Below, in pieces: positions 7,783 through 15,733 of a stretch of DNA of 20,000 bases (position 1 is its first letter; every line of letters begins with the position of its first letter). Origin of the DNA: an uncultured virus (IMG/VR IMGVR_UViG_2925597055_000005) (Duplodnaviria > Heunggongvirae > Uroviricota > Caudoviricetes); the IMG/VR virus record IMGVR_UViG_2925597055_000005, positions 46,712-66,711 of that record. One strand, 5' to 3'. Both the position numbers and the translations under genes were made by a program. A model generated the notes under the pieces. That model saw only the letters and a program-made list of their open reading frames with translations. It made no database searches and was not told the origin of the DNA.

Positions 7783-8391
7783 TTATTGCGCGATCAAGTA
7801 GTCACGGTAATCACCGAACTGTTTGGTATCGAAATTGCGTGAGAGCTTTTCGAGTTTGCGTATGACTGTTGAGTGATGTAGACCCAACTTTTTTCCGATT
7901 GCCGTCGGAGTTGGCTTTTCACTCGAAAGATATGCTTCGGCGATTTGTATTGTCGTTGCGTCAGATGTAGTACCTAATAGGAAGTCGATCAGTTGCCGCT
8001 GGTCAACTTCTTTTTTTGTTGTCAAAAGTTCTTCCGGGGTTATCGTACAAGGGACCTCGAATGTTGCCGCATTCTTATGGTCTCCTTTTGGTATGATTTC
8101 TCTTTTGTTTCTGTTTACCCTCCCCCTTAAAAAATAGCGTCTCTGTAACGGAACACTTGCATTAAATAATCTTTCAAAATCATGCTCTCCGTTGTACGAC
8201 TCAATGCAAGAAAGTAAGGTATCTTCATAAATCGCTCTTGCCTCATAATAATCTGCACCAATTGATTTACCGATTGTTTTGAACTTTCGGTCATTTCTTG
8301 TTATGAAGTAATCGTAAACCATCCTAAAAGCAGATTCACTTCTACTTTCTTTGTACTTTAATACTTCGCTATTCAATTGTTCTTTTCTCAA
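7783..8391 (-). CDS. phage sigma-70-like transcription factor (region 2 plus region 4 HTH)
   Basis: ESAFRMVYDY...EARAIYEDTLLSCIESYN..DF..LF is region 2-like; TPTAIGKKLGLHHSTVIRKLEKL is an HTH. TTG start with AAGGGAGG RBS. Confidence 0.75.
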   Translation of the reverse strand: MRKEQLNSEVLKYKESRSESAFRMVYDYFITRNDRKFKTIGKSIGADYYEARAIYEDTLLSCIESYNGEHDFERLFNASVPLQRRYFLRGRVNRNKREIIPKGDHKNAATFEVPCTITPEELLTTKKEVDQRQLIDFLLGTTSDATTIQIAEAYLSSEKPTPTAIGKKLGLHHSTVIRKLEKLSRNFDTKQFGDYRDYLIAQ

Positions 8392-8411
8392 TTTTCCGTC
8401 CTCCCTTTTGC

Positions 8412-8450
8412 TTACATACGACTATATGCACCTACTTACACAACCGCGCA
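8412..8450 (-). promoter_or_regulatory. conserved motif copy 1, TGCGCGGT-N11-GTGCATAT-NN-TCG-NN-TGTAA
   Basis: 25/39 identity and identical spacing with 18864-18902; immediately upstream of the sigma gene RBS. Confidence 0.65.
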
Positions 8451-8588
8451 TTTTTTGTTTGTTTTTTCTCTATGTGTAAATAATACCAAGTATTTTCTGC
8501 AATTATCTGAAAACGACACCCTATTTATATAAAAATAAGTAGCGCGGATACGGCCTAAGTATCGTGTTCCGTAGAAGCTTAGAAAATT

Positions 8589-8619
8589 AAAAAACCCCAC
8601 AACATTACGTTGTGGGGTT
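8589..8619 (-). terminator. intrinsic terminator after aimP
   Basis: Perfect 11-bp stem AACCCCACAAC/GTTGTGGGGTT with a 5-nt loop and a U-tract on the minus strand. Confidence 0.85.
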
Positions 8620-8628
8620 AATAAAGAA

Positions 8629-8760
8629 CTAAGCGCCAACCCGAATGTCGGCTACCTTATATCCTCCTTCGGTGCTAGCTTGATTCTGTGTATCATATTT
8701 AAATGCAAATCCTGCTGCCGCCATCACTACGATTAAAGTGGCTAATAATATCTTTTTCAA
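8629..8760 (-). CDS. aimP: arbitrium pro-peptide AimP; predicted mature peptide DIRVGA
   Basis: TTG start with AAAGGAGAGG RBS; MKKILLATLIVVMAAAGFAFKYDTQNQASTEGGYKVA-DIRVGA. Signal peptide, then linker, VA and a C-terminal hexapeptide ending in GA, the same layout as phi3T AimP (..VA-SAIRGA). Confidence 0.9.
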   Translation of the reverse strand: MKKILLATLIVVMAAAGFAFKYDTQNQASTEGGYKVADIRVGA

Positions 8761-9925
8761 TTAAAACCTCTCCTTTAATTAATTTTTTGAATTTTAGGAA
8801 TGGTCTAAGCGCTCGTGAGTCAGCTCCTGCTTTCTCAAGCTCTTTCGCTACTAACCTAGCAAAAAAGAAGTTTTCTTGACAGAAAAAAGACTCTAGGCAA
8901 TTATACATTACATCTATTGACTTTTCCGCTGTGTTTTCGAAAAATATTATAAAATTGTCTTTATCGCCCCTCTCTAATATCGTATGTAACTTCGCTAAAG
9001 AAATTTTCCCATTTCTCGCTTTCTGATATGCTCTCAGTCTGAAGTTAGAGTCTTCATCAAGCTCGACACCATGAAAGACTTTAGCGAAATCTAAATTAAA
9101 CTTTGCCTCTTGGATATACTGCAAATCGCCCACTTCACGCATTAACTCGTAACTTTTCCGGAGATTATACAAACAGACATTTTTATCATCCGGTAAGTAC
9201 GACATCCCTATAACATAATATGCATCAGATTTCTTTTTCGCGGATATATTTGCATTAATAATGGATTCAGCAAAATCCCGAGCAGATTTTACATCATTAA
9301 GTTGCAAACTAATAGGCGCCAATAATTCACAGACCCTGAACGTTAAGCATTCTTTATAAAAGGTTTCTCGCGGCCCTAGGTTTGTTATATCCTTCTGGAT
9401 TTCCGAGACTTCATTTATTATTTTTTGTATGTCACCTTCAAAATAGTTGTTATACTGTCGAATGATATTCATTAAGATCAAAAGTGGTTTACTTGTTATA
9501 TTGTGGAGTCTTCCAATTGCATCCTTCAGTTCAAAACCACTCAACGTTCCTACCATATAGTTATAAACAATACGGTACACTTCCACCGTCTGTTTAAGCA
9601 CTCCGTCAGTATTTTGATGAAGTAGTAATAATCTTTTTAAAAGGGGAGCGTTTGTAGTAATTGCGGAGTATTCAAATGAGTTTTTTATTGTTTCTGTCCG
9701 GGTGATGTGCAAACACCATTCTGACAAAATTTCCTGGCTTCCCTTTCCTGTTTCTCTTGAAATCAGTTGAGCAAATTTAATAAGTTTCTTGAAACTTATT
9801 TTACCTTTCTTGAAAAAATCCCTATATGCACTTTCACTCATTCCAACAAACTCCATAACATCCGTCTTTTTTATGGCATCGTGGTCTTCAATAAAATCAT
9901 GCACCATTTTTGTGATGTATTCCAA
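8699..9925 (-). CDS. aimR: arbitrium receptor AimR (N-terminal HTH plus TPR-like)
   Basis: 408 aa, helical. AimR-like segments (WCLHITRTETIKNSFEYS, YYVIGMSYL, NLDFAKVF, FFARLVAKELEKAG) and position directly upstream of an AimP-like peptide gene. GGGAGG RBS, TTG start. Confidence 0.87.
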   Translation of the reverse strand: MEYITKMVHDFIEDHDAIKKTDVMEFVGMSESAYRDFFKKGKISFKKLIKFAQLISRETGKGSQEILSEWCLHITRTETIKNSFEYSAITTNAPLLKRLLLLHQNTDGVLKQTVEVYRIVYNYMVGTLSGFELKDAIGRLHNITSKPLLILMNIIRQYNNYFEGDIQKIINEVSEIQKDITNLGPRETFYKECLTFRVCELLAPISLQLNDVKSARDFAESIINANISAKKKSDAYYVIGMSYLPDDKNVCLYNLRKSYELMREVGDLQYIQEAKFNLDFAKVFHGVELDEDSNFRLRAYQKARNGKISLAKLHTILERGDKDNFIIFFENTAEKSIDVMYNCLESFFCQENFFFARLVAKELEKAGADSRALRPFLKFKKLIKGEVLIEKDIISHFNRSDGGSRICI

Positions 9926-9983
9926 GTGAGCCTACCTCCCTGATTATCTATTTAAATTCGATCAGCAACTTTTAACTAACTCA

Positions 9984-10013
9984 ATTATAATTATTGCATT
10001 ATCGATATGTCAA
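9984..10013 (-). promoter_or_regulatory. sigA promoter for aimR
   Basis: Perfect TTGACA (10013-10008)-N18-TATAAT (9989-9984) on the minus strand. Confidence 0.75.
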
Positions 10014-10074
10014 TAATAATTTTCGGTAGTTTTTGTTAAAGTGATAATATAAAATATACTGGACACCTTTACGA

Positions 10075-10320
10075 ATGGAGGTGTTTATTACGTTTAAGGT
10101 CGGCAAATGTCGGATACCCGAACTATGCAAGAAACGTGGAATTAGTCTCAGTCAACTCGCAGCAATGGTCGGAGTATCAAAAACGCACATGTCCGATTAC
10201 GTCAGCCTTCGGAATCTGCCGAGCATCGAACGAACCTACAATATCGCGATGATGCTCGGCTGTGCGCCCGAAGAGCTGTACGAATGGATTGAGGTATCCG
10301 ACAGCAACACGGAGGGTTAA
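10075..10320 (+). CDS. XRE-family HTH transcriptional regulator (Cro/CI-like)
   Basis: IPELCKKRGISLSQLAAMVGVSKTHMSDY...PSIERTYNIAMMLGCAPEELY. The only credible plus-strand gene, divergent from aimR. From memory it resembles SPbeta YopS-type regulators. Start codon uncertain. Confidence 0.85.
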   Translation: MEVFITFKVGKCRIPELCKKRGISLSQLAAMVGVSKTHMSDYVSLRNLPSIERTYNIAMMLGCAPEELYEWIEVSDSNTEG

Positions 10321-10336
10321 TACAACCTCCGCCGAC

Positions 10337-11332
10337 CTAAAGTACGGGTATTCCCGAACCTAAACGTAAAGTATTTCTTACGACCTCCGCACGATCATAC
10401 ACGTCTCGCAACGCTTCTGTACCGCGCTTTATAAGTAGTTCATCAGCGTCTTTCACCTCCGTAATATAACCGTGCGCAAGCCGCACCTTTCCGATCAAAT
10501 AACGCTCAATCTCCCGCCGTAACTTTTCGCCAGCTTTGTCGTTATCTGTAACCACCGTTAAATATTCGATAGGTGACTGCGCAATTATGTCCGCCTTCTG
10601 TAAATTAAATGTGCTGCCACCGGTTCCGATCGCCGGTATGCCCGCAGACCGCCACGCCATGGCATCGATCTCGGCCTCGCATATCACCGCACTTTTAATC
10701 CGCTGCGCATATACGAGATCCATTCCGTAAACTAAATACCGGATAGGCATGCCGCCTTTTACGTACCAGAACGCCTTTCCCTTCGTTGCCCTGTACTTAA
10801 CGTTAGCCAGCCGCCCGTTAGGAAGCCGCCAAGGAATCGCGACTGCATTTCCGGCAAGCGATACGCTGGCCTCTTCTTGTACCGCGCCTGCAATGCCCCG
10901 GCCCGTCAGGTAAGCGTTAGGCCCCGACATTGTGTCCGCGAGGACCGATTCCGCTAAAGGCTCCGGCTTCGTGACGGCCTTTAATTTCGGAAGCCGCAGC
11001 GCCATACGCCCGCCTTCAGCCGCCGGTGCATACGTTTCCAATAAGTACTCGATTGCGTCGTCTTCGGTTTCGCCACGCAGGAAAGCGAGCAGTTTAACGA
11101 ACCCGCCCCGCGCAAACTCTTCGTCATAGGCGCCCGAGTCGCCCCAATAGCCGGCCTTTGCCGACGCTGTGTCTTCGAGGTAAACGTAAAAGCTCGGCGT
11201 CCGATCGTATCTGAATGGACTGGCGGCCAACAGACGTTCATCGCCCCACGTCGGCCGGGTCCAATCGAATTGTTCGAGTTCATACCGAATGTCAACGTCT
11301 ACAAAACGTCCATTCAAAGTTAATATCGGCAA
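10337..11332 (-). CDS. DNA primase (TOPRIM)
   Basis: ANVKYR, VICEAEIDAM, TDNDKAG and KDADELL motifs. The N-terminal region (SPFRYDRTPSF) looks like a degenerate zinc-binding domain. Confidence 0.9.
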   Translation of the reverse strand: MPILTLNGRFVDVDIRYELEQFDWTRPTWGDERLLAASPFRYDRTPSFYVYLEDTASAKAGYWGDSGAYDEEFARGGFVKLLAFLRGETEDDAIEYLLETYAPAAEGGRMALRLPKLKAVTKPEPLAESVLADTMSGPNAYLTGRGIAGAVQEEASVSLAGNAVAIPWRLPNGRLANVKYRATKGKAFWYVKGGMPIRYLVYGMDLVYAQRIKSAVICEAEIDAMAWRSAGIPAIGTGGSTFNLQKADIIAQSPIEYLTVVTDNDKAGEKLRREIERYLIGKVRLAHGYITEVKDADELLIKRGTEALRDVYDRAEVVRNTLRLGSGIPVL

Positions 11333-11408
11333 TTCGAGACACTTCCTTTCGAGACTTGTAAATTATATTACGACATTGTTACGAGAATTACAGTCGCAAT
11401 TTGTCGAA
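11333..11408. promoter_or_regulatory. cluster of Spo0A-box-like heptamers and a TATAAT upstream of primase
   Basis: Perfect TGTCGAA at 11402-11408; variants at 11392-11398, 11380-11386, 11369-11375, 11348-11354 and 11333-11339; minus-strand TATAAT at 11367-11362. Confidence 0.5.
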
Positions 11409-11466
11409 AATATTCAAAAATTTAGATGTAATTGTTGACAATATCATCCGGTAAATTCCAATCGCT

Positions 11467-12885
11467 CTAAAACTCGAACACGTCCGCAGCCCCGGCGCCT
11501 GTTTCCGGCTGTTTCACCACGCCGATTTGCGGCAGATAGATAATTTCTGCGACTTCCCCTTCGCCGCCATCGCGCCCTTTATTCAATCCGATTAAGCCGC
11601 GTCCTTCTTTCGCGTTCGTGTCAACCGCAATCAATAACGCAGCATCTTCGAGCAGGGCTTTCGTTTTCTTGACGCCTTTACGTTGCGGTAAACTCAGTTC
11701 TCGCTCTCCGTCGTCGCCCGCCTTTTCGTCATCCTCATCCGCCTGTGTGAGCGCAAAGATAGTCGCTTTCGTATGCCCGGCAAGACGTCGCAATTTTTGC
11801 GAAGTATTAGCCGCATCCCCACCCGCAGTCTTTGACGTGTTGGCTTCGTAATCGAGGTAATAAAACGGATCTACGAGCACGACGTCGGCCTTCGTTTCGA
11901 TAATGTCCGATTTTAGATCGCGCAATGTACGAGAGACGAAATCTTCATCGTCGACGGCTCGCACCGTAATATTACCCGGAAGGATTTCGTTGAGCCGATC
12001 GAGGAATTCCATAAAACCCGCCTCAAACTCGTCGGATAGTTTGCCCTGCCGGACATCGCGAGAATTGAATCCGCCCGGTCCTAAGTAACCGATATCACGT
12101 TCCATATTGACGCCTTCTAACGGATTATTGTCGATGCCGAATTCTCCTGAAATTGATACGTATAAGCGCACAAGCACTTCGTACCAGCCCATTTCCATCG
12201 ACCATATTAGAACGTTCGCCCCCTGCATCGCGCAGTTAATGACTTCCTCTAACGCTATGGCCGATTTACCCCGGCCCGACTTTCCGTAGATCACGTACAC
12301 GTTCGACGAAACGTAGCCGCCCATCGCCTTATTGACAAAGTCGAATTTGCTGCGCCAGATCCGGAAGGATTCGCCGGCCTTACGGTTTTCATATTCCGTT
12401 TTAAATTTGTCGATGTCTCGTTTGATATCCGTACCAACCGAATTTCGAACGTTTGTTCTCATTTTAAGACTTTCGGCCTGCCCCGTCAACCACTCGAAGA
12501 ATTTTCCCATATCACCGCTTTTTTGCGCTTCAATAAATCGTTTTTCGAGCTGCGGCTCCTGAACTTGGCGATTGGTTTCCGGATCAATACGGCCGTTCAT
12601 CAGCTCGATAAATTCGCGCTCGGCCGCCCGGTCCTTGAGATTTTTCGCAAGGTAATCGTAACTGGCTTCGATATTAAAATCCGGTTGGAAGTCCGGCACC
12701 TCATTCGCAACCATCTCGGCCGTCGGCGCTTGGCCTCGGTATTTCTCCGCGTAATCCATGACGTACCGGAAGGCCTTGCGTTCGCCCTGCGTTTGGAAGT
12801 CGGCTTCCGAAACATTGAATCGCAGCAGGGCGTTCGGATCGTTCGCTTCGATGGCTTTCGATATTAGCAAAGTTCCATAGTTCAT
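11467..12885 (-). CDS. DnaB-like (SF4) replicative helicase
   Basis: Walker A YGKSGRGKS, WSMEM, Walker B VVLVDPFY, ALTQA, LNKGRDG. Confidence 0.92.
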   Translation of the reverse strand: MNYGTLLISKAIEANDPNALLRFNVSEADFQTQGERKAFRYVMDYAEKYRGQAPTAEMVANEVPDFQPDFNIEASYDYLAKNLKDRAAEREFIELMNGRIDPETNRQVQEPQLEKRFIEAQKSGDMGKFFEWLTGQAESLKMRTNVRNSVGTDIKRDIDKFKTEYENRKAGESFRIWRSKFDFVNKAMGGYVSSNVYVIYGKSGRGKSAIALEEVINCAMQGANVLIWSMEMGWYEVLVRLYVSISGEFGIDNNPLEGVNMERDIGYLGPGGFNSRDVRQGKLSDEFEAGFMEFLDRLNEILPGNITVRAVDDEDFVSRTLRDLKSDIIETKADVVLVDPFYYLDYEANTSKTAGGDAANTSQKLRRLAGHTKATIFALTQADEDDEKAGDDGERELSLPQRKGVKKTKALLEDAALLIAVDTNAKEGRGLIGLNKGRDGGEGEVAEIIYLPQIGVVKQPETGAGAADVFEF

Positions 12886-13106
12886 GCGCGCTCCTCCCTT
12901 CGATTTTTACGAAAGACAATCGATTCGACCGCTTTGTCTACAAGGCCCCCAATAGCTTCCGTTAAAAAATCCGCCCCTAATCCGATTAAATATATTGCGT
13001 ACAACGGTAAATGGATCGGCATTAAAGCGTAATTAATTGCGGTTGTAATGCGTGTCTTTCTAATCCATTCAGCGTCCGTATAAACGTATCTAATTCTGCG
13101 CTTCAT
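12882..13106 (-). CDS. small membrane protein
   Basis: 74 aa with a hydrophobic core; ATGA overlaps on both sides. Confidence 0.65.
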   Translation of the reverse strand: MKRRIRYVYTDAEWIRKTRITTAINYALMPIHLPLYAIYLIGLGADFLTEAIGGLVDKAVESIVFRKNRREERA

Positions 13107-13612
13107 TCGCCCGCCTCCCGTCTCAATTTCGCCATCACAGCGTCAGCCTTCGTTTTATATTCCGCATCCCCGAACGTCTCGTACAGGCGCGTGTAATCGT
13201 TATATTCGTCCAGTAGCTCGTCAGTCTTCCGTTTCGCAATGGCCGCCTGTTCCCTCTTCGGCGTTTCCTTCGGCCCTTTCGCCATCCCAACCGCCTCCTT
13301 TTTCGCGTAACCTATTCCGAAAGAATAATCATCCGTAAAGTGAAACGCCGCGCCCGACGGCTCCGGATAATTCGTCTCGTCGTACTCTAGAAGGTAATCT
13401 TCCGCGAACTGTTTCCGGCAGACCAGCCGCATATCCGTTTTGCGCGCGTCGAGGAATTCACCGTTAATGGCGTCGGTCAGTTCGAACTCGACGTATTCAC
13501 TTACGCCCCACTCATCGGTTTCCTTTACTTCGCGCCAAGCATCTACGTAGAATATCCGATTTTCGTACCCGGCAACCGAGACGATATCTCCGAAGGTGAA
13601 TTCCGTTTTCAT
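13103..13612 (-). CDS. hypothetical phage protein (SH3-like N-terminus, IDEAL-like C-terminal helices)
   Basis: FTFGDIVSV at the start and TDELLDEYNDY near the end; coupled to both neighbours. Confidence 0.65.
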   Translation of the reverse strand: MKTEFTFGDIVSVAGYENRIFYVDAWREVKETDEWGVSEYVEFELTDAINGEFLDARKTDMRLVCRKQFAEDYLLEYDETNYPEPSGAAFHFTDDYSFGIGYAKKEAVGMAKGPKETPKREQAAIAKRKTDELLDEYNDYTRLYETFGDAEYKTKADAVMAKLRREAGE

Positions 13613-14391
13613 CTACGCATCCCCCTTTTCGATTCGCCGACGAATTCAATCTCGCGGCATAAGTCGCCAACCCGATCGGCCAGACGTCGCTCACCGAATA
13701 CTTGCCAAAGCTGATCGAGCGCAATGTTGCTCGTGTAGATTGTCGGTAGTTGATTCGTTACTCTTGCGTTAATAACGGTGTGTAAATCGCCGCGGAAGCC
13801 GTCCGTTGCATCGCGTACTCCTATATCGTCCAGCACCGCAAATGGCGCCGCTTTAGCCGCTTCTAATGCGCGATAGTAACGGGCCGCCGCCGGCTCTGCG
13901 ACTGAATCCGGAACACGCGGGCGGTTGAATTCGTTATAGTCGTTCTGCCATGCGTTCACGTCGAGGAAATACGCCGGCCGTTGTAACGGTTCGAGGCCGC
14001 GCCGCAGGGAGCCGCTATAATGGACGCGCAACCATTCGTTAAGAAGTGCGGCGGCCGTCGTCGTCTTTCCGGTGCCGGGCGATTCGCTTACGAGGTACAG
14101 CGACTTGATGCGATCCGCTGCCGCTACCGAACCGGATTGCTGATCAAATTGACGATTAAATGTAGACGCGTAAGCATAAGCCGCTTTATAAGCCTCCGCT
14201 TGATCACCACGCGCCGGCGAATTCTGTAGCGTCACGAGCCGGTACTCACGTGGAAGCCCTGCCGCCCCTGATCGTCCACCTTCGCCTGATGCGCCGTGCA
14301 TCGCGATAAAATGCGTACAGTGCCGTGTACATGCGTCGGTCCCGGCCGATTTGCATCCGTCAGCGAGTACGCAATTGTTTTCGTTAGTCAT
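13609..14391 (-). CDS. DnaC/IstB-like AAA+ helicase loader
   Basis: Cys-rich N-terminus; SPGTGKT; VLDDIG; INARVTNQLPTIYTSN; RLADR; FVGESKR. Confidence 0.92.
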   Translation of the reverse strand: MTNENNCVLADGCKSAGTDACTRHCTHFIAMHGASGEGGRSGAAGLPREYRLVTLQNSPARGDQAEAYKAAYAYASTFNRQFDQQSGSVAAADRIKSLYLVSESPGTGKTTTAAALLNEWLRVHYSGSLRRGLEPLQRPAYFLDVNAWQNDYNEFNRPRVPDSVAEPAAARYYRALEAAKAAPFAVLDDIGVRDATDGFRGDLHTVINARVTNQLPTIYTSNIALDQLWQVFGERRLADRVGDLCREIEFVGESKRGMRR

Positions 14392-14410
14392 ATTCGCGGA
14401 CCTCCTTTCG

Positions 14411-14563
14411 TTAGTGCTTGCGCAGAGTAAACTCCGCTTTTACTTCCCGATTCCATTGATTGAGTACAAACCTTCCTTTGGCCGCCACGTAGCCTCGTTG
14501 CTTAAGCCACTGGACCATCGCTTCAACGATCTCCGCCTCACTCATCGTATATTTTAAAGTCAT
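14411..14563 (-). CDS. small hypothetical protein (50 aa)
   Basis: MTLKYTMSEAEIVEAMVQWLKQRGYVAAKGRFVLNQWNREVKAEFTLRKH. ATGA overlap, GAGGTG RBS. Confidence 0.65.
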   Translation of the reverse strand: MTLKYTMSEAEIVEAMVQWLKQRGYVAAKGRFVLNQWNREVKAEFTLRKH

Positions 14564-15342
14564 TCGCCCACCTCTTCGCGTGAGTCGTCAATGATTCTAT
14601 ATCCGTATTTACGCGCATCTTTCAAGTAAATTACTGAACCACTGGAAAAAGGCGGCCAACTGTCGTCTTCAATAACTAGTGCTTTGTTAACCCCGCTATC
14701 ATCCGATATAACATCGCCCACACGAACCTCAGTCGGCTGCGGAGCGTTTAAGTATTCGTCTGGCACCGCCAAGCCTAACGCACGTCTTAGCGCGATTGCT
14801 TTACCGATATGGACGTTGAAGCAGTCGTCAGGGGCGGCTTTGGCGATTCCTTTTGCGTAAACCTTCCCGGTGCGGAGGCCTTTTAATAGCGCAACAACTG
14901 CTCGTTTATCGCTATTCACTACGAACTCCACTTTACAGGTTGCGACACTCCCCGTACCCGTTACATATCGTACGCCATCACCGTAATTAGACAGCTTCTC
15001 AACGTCCGCCTTCGACTGCTCAACGATTTCATCACGGCGGGCTTGTGCTCGATCTTTAATCGCCTCCTGTCCGCTCTTAGCGACTTTCTTCATTTCCTCG
15101 TTGTGGAGAAACGCAGTATATTCAATTGTCTGCCGAATAACGAGGACATCTTTTCGTTCGTTTGCGTAGGCTTTTACGAATGCTTCTGAATATGGTGCCC
15201 CGATTAGAATATCGCCGAACCTCGACTTGCTTCCGATATAATCCTCGCCTACCTTTTCGAATACTGTGCTCGCACTATCAATAGCCGTTTTATTTACGCT
15301 TTCCATTCCGTCAGCCTCCTCGTTTTTAACTTCGTTATTCAC
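14560..15342 (-). CDS. hypothetical phage protein
   Basis: Long ORF containing GIAKAAPDDCFNVHIGKAIALRRA. The start may instead be the ATG near 15306 behind GAGGAGG. Confidence 0.7.
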   Translation of the reverse strand: MNNEVKNEEADGMESVNKTAIDSASTVFEKVGEDYIGSKSRFGDILIGAPYSEAFVKAYANERKDVLVIRQTIEYTAFLHNEEMKKVAKSGQEAIKDRAQARRDEIVEQSKADVEKLSNYGDGVRYVTGTGSVATCKVEFVVNSDKRAVVALLKGLRTGKVYAKGIAKAAPDDCFNVHIGKAIALRRALGLAVPDEYLNAPQPTEVRVGDVISDDSGVNKALVIEDDSWPPFSSGSVIYLKDARKYGYRIIDDSREEVGE

Positions 15343-15715
15343 TTACCCGCAACCACTTTTCCGCTGTTTTGATCGCGATCTCTGCGTGCTCAATCGTCAA
15401 GGGTTCCGTTCTCTCATCCGTCATAAATACTGCGTTACCGACCCTTCCGCGCTCTTTATACCACATCATTACGACATAGCCGCCAAACCCTTCGTAAGTA
15501 TCAGGCGCATAATTATCGTTTAAAGGTACGTATCCTATTGATCCGCAAGAATCATCGTCTCGATCGGAATGTCCTAGTTCCTCCGATAACCTGCGCAGTT
15601 TACCCATCGTTGCACACGCCCAGTTATCCGGCGAAAACACGCCATTTTCGAAAGCGCAAACCGGATCAGATCCGTGCCAAGTCTTGCCGCGTTCTCTACA
15701 TAATCGACATACCAT
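15335..15715 (-). CDS. hypothetical Cys-rich protein
   Basis: CRLC...CAF...NWACATM; GAGGAGG RBS. Confidence 0.7.
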   Translation of the reverse strand: MVCRLCRERGKTWHGSDPVCAFENGVFSPDNWACATMGKLRRLSEELGHSDRDDDSCGSIGYVPLNDNYAPDTYEGFGGYVVMMWYKERGRVGNAVFMTDERTEPLTIEHAEIAIKTAEKWLRVSE

Positions 15716-15733
15716 TCCGCAATCCCTCCTCGT

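Noticed and set aside
8436..8639. 67-aa minus-strand ORF as a protein-coding aimX
   Set aside because: It starts inside aimP without a convincing SD, runs through the terminator, and lacks protein-like features. Not strictly excluded.
10310..10331. Hairpin CGGAGGGTT/AACCTCCG between the convergent XRE and primase genes as a terminator
   Set aside because: No U-tract on either strand; too weak to call.
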